A program made the position numbers and the translations under genes. From the NCBI GenBank assembly GCA_020353515.1, contig CP070695.1, positions 928,299 through 992,298 of the forward strand: a DNA stretch of 64,000 nucleotides. The letters run 5' to 3'. Every line of letters starts with the position of its first letter. Positions within the stretch are counted from its first letter, which is position 1. The notes under the pieces are model-generated. The model was not told the origin of the DNA, did no database searches, and saw only the letters and a list, made by a program, of their open reading frames with translations. Origin of the DNA: Candidatus Heimdallarchaeota archaeon. GTDB lineage: Archaea > Asgardarchaeota > Heimdallarchaeia > Hodarchaeales > Hodarchaeaceae. Shown in pieces: positions 1 through 10,000 of the stretch.

Positions 1-1461
1 TTGAAAAAGCGTTCTCCACATCAAGAAACACGTGATTTATTAGTTCAATATCTTAAAGCTGATTATCAAACCCTTTGTTTCACACTATCCCGTCGAATGG
101 CTGAACTTGTTTCAATGTGGGTAAAACAAGATCTGAAACATCATAAACTGGATTATGAACAGGTGATGTCCTATCGTGCAGGTTACCGTCCCTTAGAACG
201 TCGTGAAATTGAAAATAAATTACGTAATCGTGAAATTCAGGCTGTTGTATCCACAAATGCTCTTGAAGTAGGGATAGATATTGGAAATTTGGACGCTGTT
301 TTATTATCAGGTTTCCCTGGAACTATAATTTCCACATGGCAGCAAATGGGCCGTGTTGGGAGAACACTACGACCTTCATTAGCAACTTTAGTTCTGTTTG
401 AAGATCCCCTGCAACAATTTCTTGGAAAACATCCTGATTACTTCCTCGAAAAAAACCCTGAGAATGCAATCATTGACCTACATAACCCCTATATACTGAA
501 AGGGCATATTCTTTGTGCTGCAGCAGAACTTCCTTTGACCTTAAACGAAATTCAACAGATCTGGGGAGATCAAGGGAAAATCATCGCTCAAGAATTAAGA
601 CAGGAAGAATTGGTCAAGATTGTCCCTGCAGGATTAACGAGCAGTTCCCCTAAAAGACCTGCATCCGTGATAAGTCTTAATACCGCATTTACAGATATTA
701 TTGAAGTTTTGATTCAAGGATCTCTTTTGGAAACCATGAGTATTCCTCAAGCTTATCGTGAAGCTCATGATGGAGCCATTCTCATCCACCAAGGGGAGAC
801 CTACTTGGTTGAAAAACTAGATCTCAAAAGAAAGAAGGCAATTGCGTCACCAATTGAAGTTGATTACTATACAGATGCATTGAGTACTTCAGAAGTTACA
901 GTATTAGAAACACTCTTATCGAAGGATATTGGATTTCCTCTTTTCTTTGGAGAAGTAAAAGTCACAGAAGAGTATCATTCCTTCCGAAAAAAGACGTATG
1001 ATGAAGTTCTTGAGATTTTACCGCTAAATTTACCCTCTCTTACATTCATAACAAAAGCTCTTTGGATTGAAATTCCCGATGAAATTGTCAATCGTATCCA
1101 ACACGATGCACTTGATTTTCCTGGTGGAATTCATGCAATGGAGCACGCCACTATTGCATTGTCTCCAATGTATGCAATGTGTGACCGATGGGATATTGGT
1201 GGGACTTCTTATCCCTGTTTTCCTGTTGACGGAAAAGCAAAGGTGTTTATTTATGATGGGTTTCCTGGAGGAATTGGGATTTCTGAACAACTTTTCAAAA
1301 AGTGTGATAGTCTTCTCAAAAACGTCTTGGATCACGTTAAGGAATGTGAATGTAAAGAAGGCTGTCCTAGCTGCGTGCAATCACCTAAATGCGGTAATGA
1401 AAACTTCCCATTGGATAAGAGTGTCGCTATTCTTATGTTAGAAGAATTATTAAAAAAATAG
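1..1461 (+). CDS. Superfamily-2 DEAD/DEAH-type helicase, C-terminal part (RecA2 domain plus DUF1998/MZB zinc-binding domain; MrfA/YprA/Hrq1-like); the 5' end lies outside the window
   Basis: The ORF is open at the window start. It has helicase motif V-like STNALEVGIDIG and motif VI QQMGRVGR. The C-terminal Cys cluster CECKEGCPSCVQSPKCGN is typical of DUF1998. Confidence 0.85.
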   Translation: MKKRSPHQETRDLLVQYLKADYQTLCFTLSRRMAELVSMWVKQDLKHHKLDYEQVMSYRAGYRPLERREIENKLRNREIQAVVSTNALEVGIDIGNLDAVLLSGFPGTIISTWQQMGRVGRTLRPSLATLVLFEDPLQQFLGKHPDYFLEKNPENAIIDLHNPYILKGHILCAAAELPLTLNEIQQIWGDQGKIIAQELRQEELVKIVPAGLTSSSPKRPASVISLNTAFTDIIEVLIQGSLLETMSIPQAYREAHDGAILIHQGETYLVEKLDLKRKKAIASPIEVDYYTDALSTSEVTVLETLLSKDIGFPLFFGEVKVTEEYHSFRKKTYDEVLEILPLNLPSLTFITKALWIEIPDEIVNRIQHDALDFPGGIHAMEHATIALSPMYAMCDRWDIGGTSYPCFPVDGKAKVFIYDGFPGGIGISEQLFKKCDSLLKNVLDHVKECECKEGCPSCVQSPKCGNENFPLDKSVAILMLEELLKK

Positions 1462-1532
1462 CAATATTTGTCAATATTTTTCTAATCCATTATAATATTA
1501 GTTGATAGTACTTACTCAAGGAACCATCAACT

Positions 1533-2171
1533 TTGATTGTTTATGCTGTCTTTGTTATCTCGAATGAAGGACGAATCCTCCTATCTGAGAATTTCCATTC
1601 CTTAGAGGGAATAACTGATGACGTTTTACTTGGAGAAGTAATTACAGCAATACAAGACTTATCTAGCGAGACAAAAAAAGCAAATACAGAGATTTCATCT
1701 GTTAAGATTAAGGGCCTATCTTATCATATTAGATCCTTTGGTCTTTTTCGGATAGTTTTAGTAACAGGAATTCCTAAGAATCCAGAAGAAATCATGCAGG
1801 TCTTAGGATTTCGATTCATCAATGAATATGGAAATGTTTTACTGCAAACAGATTATAATTTATCCATCTTTGATCAGTTTAAAGAAACTATCAAGGAATT
1901 TTTTCCAGATGAGAAAATTATTGATAAAATTACATTAATCAAACCCAGAATGAAATTGGGGGTGGGAGAAATTTTTAACTTACCTACTCATCTCCAAAAA
2001 ACAGCACTGGCATTGATTTCATTACAACAAGCTTCAATTGATGATATTATTCAAGAGAGTGGCGATACTCTTACTAATGTAGAATGGAACTTGACCAGTC
2101 TAGAAAGTATGGGATTTATTGGGAAAAAGCAAGTCAATGGTAAAATTATTTATTTCTCTTCAATTAAATGA
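1533..2171 (+). CDS. Longin/roadblock-like N-terminal domain + C-terminal winged-helix protein, paralog 1 of 3
   Basis: TTG start. The N-terminus is MIVYAVFVISNEGRILLSENF followed by GLSYHIRSFGLFRIVLVT, an alpha/beta pattern. The C-terminus LQKTALALISLQQASIDDIIQESG...NLTSLESMGFIGKK...IYF looks like a wHTH. It is clearly paralogous to 3128-3781 and 13641-14276. Confidence 0.6.
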   Translation: MIVYAVFVISNEGRILLSENFHSLEGITDDVLLGEVITAIQDLSSETKKANTEISSVKIKGLSYHIRSFGLFRIVLVTGIPKNPEEIMQVLGFRFINEYGNVLLQTDYNLSIFDQFKETIKEFFPDEKIIDKITLIKPRMKLGVGEIFNLPTHLQKTALALISLQQASIDDIIQESGDTLTNVEWNLTSLESMGFIGKKQVNGKIIYFSSIK

Positions 2172-2286
2172 ATCTTAATGATCTAGTTGATGATTATTTC
2201 CCCAAAAAATGCATACTATCAAGATATTATTAAATTAAAAAAAAGTTTGATTTTTAAGGGGATTGTAATCACAATGTCACAGTTGG

Positions 2287-3144
2287 GTGATCAATGTGTC
2301 ATTGAGAAGTTTAGCAATTTTGTCCCATAAAGGCGGTGTTGGCAAATCTAGTATAGCTGTGAACATTGCTGTTCATTTAGCTAAAATAGGCAAGAGGGTT
2401 TGCTTATTAGACAATGATTTTCATGGTCCAAGCATCATGACTTTTTTTCAAAGGGATCCAGAGGTTAACTGGCTGAATGAATATTTGCTTGGTAAAGAAA
2501 CCATGGATGATTGTTTACAAAATGTGTCTCCTACCCTTGGGTTATCAGGAAAATTATGGGTAGGGTATGCGGATCCTACTCCTGAATCAATTCAGAATCT
2601 TATCAGAATCGATCAGAAAACATCAATCAAAATGCTTCAAAACCTGATCAAGCTGAAGAAAGGGTTTAAAGAGAAGCCTTATGAGATTGAATACTTAATT
2701 GTTGACTGTTCTCCTGGAACAGGATATTCCACTGTCAACGTCATGCTTGCCACTGATTCAAGCCTTTTTATTGTGAAGTTAAGTAATGCGGATCTTTTTG
2801 GTACTTCTCAAATGATCGCTGGCCTCTATAAACAGCTAAAAAACAGATCTTTAGTCTTAGCGAACCTTATTCCTAAAGAAGCAATTCAGAGTGACACAAG
2901 AAAGCAAGACATCCAGAAATTAATTGAAAAAAGATTCACCGTAGACATTGGAGATAAAATAGTAGAGTTTCTAGGATGGATTCCGACAGATTTTGAACTC
3001 CAAAACATCGAATTCCAAGAGGCTGTTAAACATCTACAAGGACAGGAGTCATCACGTATAATCTACACTTTGGAACAACCAGAACATGTTTTTTCAACGA
3101 CTCTAATTGATCTGATCCCCACATTATTTGGAGAGGTGGGATAG
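2287..3144 (+). CDS. MinD/ParA/Mrp(NBP35)-superfamily P-loop ATPase with deviant Walker A; no Mrp-type CxxC Fe-S motif visible
   Basis: Deviant Walker A SHKGGVGKSS (nt 2329-2349 core), Mrp-like LLDNDFHGPS, and Walker B region YLIVDCSPGTG. GTG start. The stop TAG at 3142-3144 overlaps the next gene. Confidence 0.8.
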   Translation: MINVSLRSLAILSHKGGVGKSSIAVNIAVHLAKIGKRVCLLDNDFHGPSIMTFFQRDPEVNWLNEYLLGKETMDDCLQNVSPTLGLSGKLWVGYADPTPESIQNLIRIDQKTSIKMLQNLIKLKKGFKEKPYEIEYLIVDCSPGTGYSTVNVMLATDSSLFIVKLSNADLFGTSQMIAGLYKQLKNRSLVLANLIPKEAIQSDTRKQDIQKLIEKRFTVDIGDKIVEFLGWIPTDFELQNIEFQEAVKHLQGQESSRIIYTLEQPEHVFSTTLIDLIPTLFGEVG

Positions 3145-3781
3145 TACGATCATATACGCGGTATATGTATTAACGGAAGATGGTAAAACACTCATTTCAG
3201 AGCATTTTCAATCGACTGAAGATATTCCAAATGAAGTTTTACTTGGGGGACTATTTACCGCGCTCCAAAGCATGGCTAAAGATATGGCTAAACAAGACAC
3301 CGAGATGAAAAGTGTCGAGATAGAAGGGCTCTCCTATCATATCAGATCGTTTGGTTTAATTCGTATCGTGTTAGTAACGAATGTACCAAAGACTCCCGAA
3401 GATATTATTCAAACCTTGGGATTACGCTTTATAAATGAATATGGAGATATCTTAACGCAAGCAGAATTTAATTCCAGTGTTTTCAGTCCTTTTAAAGATA
3501 CTATACAGGATATTATGAAACAATTAGTAGGTTATGACGAATCAAAATCAATAAAACCTAGTAAACGATTGAATACTGGGGAAATCTTCTCGTTACCACA
3601 CCACTTACAGGCAACAGCTTTAGCATTAGTAACATTAGAAGAGGGAACAGTTTCTGATATTGCTCTAGAAAGTGGCGAAGAAACAGAGATTATTGAAAAG
3701 AACCTCGCAACTCTGAAAGAGAAGGGATTCATTGGTACAAAAATGCGAAAGAAAAAAACCGTCTATTTCTGTACAATTTAA
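3128..3781 (+). CDS. Longin/roadblock-like + winged-helix protein, paralog 2 of 3
   Basis: STIIYAVYVLTEDGKTLISEHF, IEGLSYHIRSFGLIRIVLVT, RFINEYG and a C-terminal wHTH LQATALALVTLEEGTVSDIALESG...LKEKGFIG...VYF. The TTG start overlaps the upstream ATPase stop by 17 nt. GGAGAGGTGGG precedes the conserved core. Confidence 0.6.
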   Translation: MERWDSTIIYAVYVLTEDGKTLISEHFQSTEDIPNEVLLGGLFTALQSMAKDMAKQDTEMKSVEIEGLSYHIRSFGLIRIVLVTNVPKTPEDIIQTLGLRFINEYGDILTQAEFNSSVFSPFKDTIQDIMKQLVGYDESKSIKPSKRLNTGEIFSLPHHLQATALALVTLEEGTVSDIALESGEETEIIEKNLATLKEKGFIGTKMRKKKTVYFCTI

Positions 3782-4005
3782 GCCATTTATCTGATTTAAA
3801 AAGGGCTTAGCTCAATATTTGAATTCCTTTATTGTAATTTCATAGACATTTGAAAAGCTATAAAAAGAAGAAAACTTAACGTATTTGAGAGGGTTTATGC
3901 AATTAGCTTTGGTGGGAATTAATAAGAGATTAATAAGGGCGGAGTAGACATAAAATGAGCCTAAAGACACTTTCAGGTATATTAAACGATTTTTTTCTAA
4001 ACGTT

Positions 4006-4010
4006 AGGAG
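4006..4010 (+). promoter_or_regulatory. Shine-Dalgarno-like AGGAG 9 nt upstream of the ATG at 4020
   Basis: The sequence is acgttAGGAGttcggattcATG. Confidence 0.35.
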
Positions 4011-4019
4011 TTCGGATTC

Positions 4020-7000
4020 ATGAGAAAAGTCAGAAGAGGATTATTAATACTCTTGCTATTAATTTATAATATTAATTATTTTCAGGGGTTTCTATCCCAA
4101 AGTCTCAACGACCAAGAGCTTAATGAGGAGTTACAACCCCTTAAACGAACAATACCTAGACTGACTTCACAAGACTCAAACCAAATAACATCGGAAGAAC
4201 TCAAAAATATTGTTGAAGAAAGCTTAAAAGGGTTTGTTGGAGGTTTCTTAGAAAATAAAGGTCAAAAAAATGAAGCTGTATATTATTACGCTGAAAGTTC
4301 ACAGATGGGTGTTGGATTTAGTATAAGTGAGATAAGATTCATTATTTCAATTACAGATGATCTAGAAAAAGATAATCCTCAAGAAGAACTTTTAACTGGG
4401 AAAAAACCAACCTATACCTCTTTCACTTTAGAGCTTCTGGGGAGTAATGAAGTGATTCCTATTGCACAAGATCCAACAGGAAGTTTTAGTAATTTCTTTT
4501 ATGGATCAGATGAAATAAGATGGGCTATCAGTAGTCCATATTATGACAAAATAGTATATTATAACATCTACGAGAAAATTGACTTAGTTTATATGCTGAA
4601 GAAGGGCCAACTAAAATATGAGTTCTTTGTTCACCCAGGGGGAAATGTTAAAGATATCAGACTTCATTGGACTGGTCCTATCTCGCTGGAGCTGCTTAAC
4701 GCTGGAATTAATATAAAAGTGCACTGTGATGACATGACCGATTCCTTGTCAGAAGTCAGTTTTATTGATACAAAACCGATATTTTTCCAGTCTTTTGAAC
4801 GCAAGAATCCCATCTTAGGATCATTTGAATTTTTGGGACCGACCACCTATGGATTCTCATTACCTTGGTATGATTTAACAGAAATCTTAATCATTGATCC
4901 AACATTAAGCTATTCCACGTATGTGAGTGGAAACAATCATGATATAGGAAAAGGAATAACTATTGATGGAGCGGGCAATGCATATGTCACGGGATATACT
5001 TTTTCTTCTAATTTTCCAACAAAAAATGCGTATGATGCTACTGGGGGTGGTAATCCGTATGATAGGGATGTATTTGTGTTCAAGCTAAACAGCACGGGGA
5101 ATGGTTTAATCTATTCCACTTATGTGAGTGGAAATAATGATGATTATGGGATAGGAATCGCTATTGATGGGATGGGTAATGCATATGTCGGGGGTGATAC
5201 TCTCTCAACTGATTTCCCAACAGTAAATCCGTATAATGCTACTGGGGGTGGTAATCAGAGTTATAGGGACGTATTTGTATTCAAGTTAAATAGTACAGGA
5301 AACGGTCTGGATTATTCTACCTATGTGGTTGGAAATAATGATGATTTTTTTAAGAAAATAGCTATTGATAGTTTAGGTAATGCGTATGTCACGGGGCATA
5401 CATTCTCTACCAATTTTCCCGCAATTAATGCGTATAATGCTACTGGTGACGGTAACCCGAGTTATAGGGACGCATTTGTGTTCAAGCTAAACAGCACGGG
5501 GAATGGTTTATTGTATTCCACGTATGTAGGTGGTAGTAACAATGATTGGGTCAATGGAATCGCTATTGATGAGGTGGGTACTGCATATGTCACAGGAACC
5601 ACTTATTCTACCGATTTTCCAACTGTAAATGCTTATAATGCTACTGGGGATGGCAAGGTAGGAACCGCTGATGCTTTTGTGTTTAAGTTAAACAACACAG
5701 GGACTAGTTTATTTTATTCCACCTATGTGAGTGGGAGTAATTATGATACTGGTGTTGGAATCGCTATTGATGGGGTGGGTAATGCATATATCACGGGGGA
5801 AACTACTTCTACTGATTTTCCAACAATGAATGCTTATAATGCAAGCCATAGTGGTGCATTTAATGATATTATTGTATTCAAATTAAACGGCACGGGGAAC
5901 GGTTTGGTGTACTCTACGTATGTGGGTGGAAATAACGATGACCGTGGTCTGGATATAACTATTGATAGTTCTGGTAATGCATATATCACGGGATACAGTT
6001 ATTCTACGGATTTCCCAACAGTCAATGCTTATAATGATACTGGTGATGGTAGCACATCCTACTCTGATGTTATAGTATTCGAGTTGAACAGTACTGGTAA
6101 TGGTTTAACGTATGCAACCTATGTTAGTGGAAGTAATAGTGATTGGGGCCACAGTATAGCTATTGATAGTTCGGGTAGTGTGTATATCACTGGTCAGACT
6201 TATTCTACCGATTTTCCAACCGTAAATGCCTATAATTCGACTGGTGACAGGAATATAACTACCTTGGATGTGATTGTGATGAAACTAAAATTTTATCATG
6301 ATCCTATCTACATTGACAATAATGCAGATTTTACAACTCTAGGCTTTCCAGGAGATGGTACTCTTAGTAACCCCTATCGTATTGAAGGTTATAAGTTTGT
6401 CAACTCAACCACAACCCTGATCCACATTAAAGACACGACCTCTTACTTAACAATTCGAGATAATTGGTTGGATGGTATTAGTGGAACCAATGATGGCATC
6501 TTTCTAGAGAATGTTATTAATGGAGTAATCGAATACAACACGATTCTTAATTCTTATTGTGGTATTAACCTCTACTCCAGCTCCAATAACAATATTTCCC
6601 ACAATACTGTCTTCAACAACTCATTGGTTGGTGTATCTATTAATTCAAGTAGTAATTTTAATACTCTGTTCAACAATTTTGTCTACAATAATTCTAATCA
6701 TGGGATCATTGTGTTCTATTCCTCACACAGTAATATTTTAGCAAATAATACCATCACTAAAATCACTCTATATCATGGCATTTCAGTTGGTTATACGAGT
6801 TATGATAATACTCTTGCGAATAATACCATTTATAATATCCCCAACGTTGGTATTTACCTAGAATCAGCCAGTTTCAACATTATAACAGGAAACATCATCC
6901 ATCAGAATGGTAAACATGGAATTGCCCTCTATCCATCGAGTAACAATAATACAGTCTATAGAAACACAATCTACAATCATACAATATGGTCCACCCCCTG

Positions 7001-10000
7001 TGGCATTTATCTTCAAGCTGCTAACTATAATACCATTTTCTGTAATAACATCAGTGATAATGGATATGGAATCTTCTTTAATACAAATTCTGACGAGAAT
7101 ATAGCCTACTTGAATAATTTTGAAGGTAATACCAACTGGGAAGCATATGACATTGGTGCGGGGACTATTTTCCACCACAATGGGATTGGAAATTATTGGG
7201 GAAGTGCTTACGCTGGGTCTGATGACGACAATGATGGCTTAGGGGATTTACCATTTAGTTCAGGGATATTTGGCAATCAAGATCCTTATCCATTGATGTT
7301 TAAGGTAGAGTGTATTGAAGGTAATCGGACTGTGAACATTGAAATCTACCAAGATATGACCATTGTACTGATGGGAGATTTGACTGTTGCATCTTCTGGA
7401 AATTTAACTCTTCAGAATGTTATGGTTACGACGAGGGGAAGTTCTTATCCACAGAACATTAATGATGTCGATTCAGGTAATATTATTCTAATGGAAAATT
7501 GTACATTTTACTATATTAATATCACACTTTCAACTAATTTAACGATTTCATCACCGAATTATTTAACCTTTCATAATGTTACTCTTTGGATGAAATGTTC
7601 TTTCGTTGGCCAATTCCGAATTGAGGTTGAGAATGGAGGAGAACTAACCATTGAAACAAGCTCTACAATAACTGCTTTCAATCCTACTTACGCTTGGTAC
7701 CTCAAAGCCAATCCTGGTAGCACTCTTAGATTAACAAACAGTACATTCTGTTATGCAGGATACGATTGGGGTACTCCTTCTGGGATTTGGGTTAACACTA
7801 ATGGAACACAGATTCTCAACTGTACCATTCGAAATAACTTCATTGGATTATATTTTTTTCAAGCTACCAGTTCTCTGTGTGCCAAAAATCTCATATACGA
7901 TAATACATACGATGGCATCTGGTTTTATTCCTCCAGTTATAATACCATTGTTAACAATACCATCTATGATAACAACCGAATTGGTATTAACCTTGTTTTG
8001 TCTAGTAACAGTAATAATATTAAAAACAATAAAATCTACAATAATTTTGGTTACGGAATTGACCTAGAGACCTCCAGCACTGATAACAATGTGAGTTGGA
8101 ATAAGTTCATTGGTAATAATGTTGGGGGGGCTCAAGTTAAAGATTACCCTACAGGTAATAGTTTCACATACAACTACTGGGATGACTGGACTAGTCCCGA
8201 TACTAATCATGATGGAATTGTTGATAATGTCTACTACATTGATGGTGCTGCTGGTAATACAGATCCCTACCCCTTAATATATCCCTACACACCTCACGCA
8301 ATAATTTTCATTGATAATGAAACCGATTTTGTCACTTTAGGTTTTCCAGGCCTGGGAACAATCTCCAATCCGTATATCATTGAGGAATACTTCATTAGTG
8401 ATATCGCGACAAGTCTAATACATATTGAAAACGTAACAGCTTATTTCATCATTCGCAGTAATCTGTTGATCGGAAAAACTGGAGGGAATTGTGTCAATAT
8501 TGTCAACACTACACATGGATTGATTATTGATAACATAATTCAGAACACTAATGTCGGTATAAACGTGTTTGAATCTTCCGACAATACTATTTCTAACAAC
8601 ATTGTGACTAATAATAATTTCGGAGTAATATTAACTAATAGTTCCTCTTTAAATACAATATACAACAATATGATTTTCAATAACTCTGTATATGGCGTAA
8701 TAGTTTCATTTTCCAGTGATAACAATAATGTTTCTAGTAATCTCCTCTACAACAACACATATTCAGGTATTTCTCTACTGTACTGTATTTATAATAAAAT
8801 CTTTAATAATACTATCTTCAATCAATTCGAGGCCTCTCCATTAGGGAACAGCATTACATTAAGCCTCTATGCAAACAATAATACAATTTCGAACAATACA
8901 ATTTATAATAACTCGAATGACGGTATCTGGGCGAATTCTACATCTTTCAATATTATCATTTACAATTCAATATTCAATAATACTAATTGTGGAATCTATC
9001 TCGCTTATTCTAATAATATCAATCTCACTAGCAATTTTATCTTTAATAACTCCAATGACGGTATATATTCTGGAACAAGTAGTTACTGTAATATTTCTCA
9101 GAATAAAGTCTATACTAATAGCTTTGATGGTATTAGGTTGCAAAATACAGCCTATACTACTGTAAACAACAATACAATTATAGGTAACTCAGAATATGGT
9201 ATAAATCTAGATTCTGCTACACATGATAATATCATAATTTGGAACGACTTCATTAACAATAATCCCATAGGAGGAGAGTCTCAGGCATATGACGTAGGAT
9301 CGCTCAACAATTTCACCTATAACTATTGGAATGACTGGACAACCCCAGATATCGATTCAAATGGTATTGTAGATGATCCTTATCTCATTGATGGAGGCAA
9401 CTTCGATCCATTTCCGTTAACTCTTTCCTTCTCTCAACCCCACCAACTTTTAATTCCGCTTATCATCTCTCCAATTGGAGGAACAATACTTAATGGAATA
9501 GTAACTATTAGATGGAATGAAGCAACTGATTCCTTAGATCATCAAGTTACATATACTATATATTATTCTGAGGACGCAGGTACCACCTGGGTGCTAATAA
9601 GATCAGTTACAGTAACTTCTATTAGTTGGGATACTCGAATTCGTAGAAATGGTACCGATTATCTGATTAGAGTAAATGCTACTTGTTCTGAAGGTTTAAT
9701 GACTTTTGATGTCTTAGACACAACGTTAACCATTCAAAATCCACCTATTGAAGAACCAATTGTCATTATAAGGAACGCGGACTTTGAATCCTTGGGGTTC
9801 CAGGGAGCCGGAACAGAGGACAATCCGTATGTAATAGAAGGATACTACTTTGCTGATGATTCTATGGTCTTAATTGATATTCAACATACTGATGTCCACT
9901 TCATTGTCCGTAACAATTATCTGAATGGTATCAGTGGTGAATTCACTGGTGCCAATTTCTTCAATGTTACTTATGGAGTTATTGAGGATAATATCATCTA

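Noticed and set aside
1030-1441. Two ORFs (116 aa on the minus strand, 124 aa on the plus strand) inside the helicase 3' region
   Set aside because: They are nested in the DUF1998 domain coding frame, which carries the conserved Cys cluster. These are shadow ORFs.
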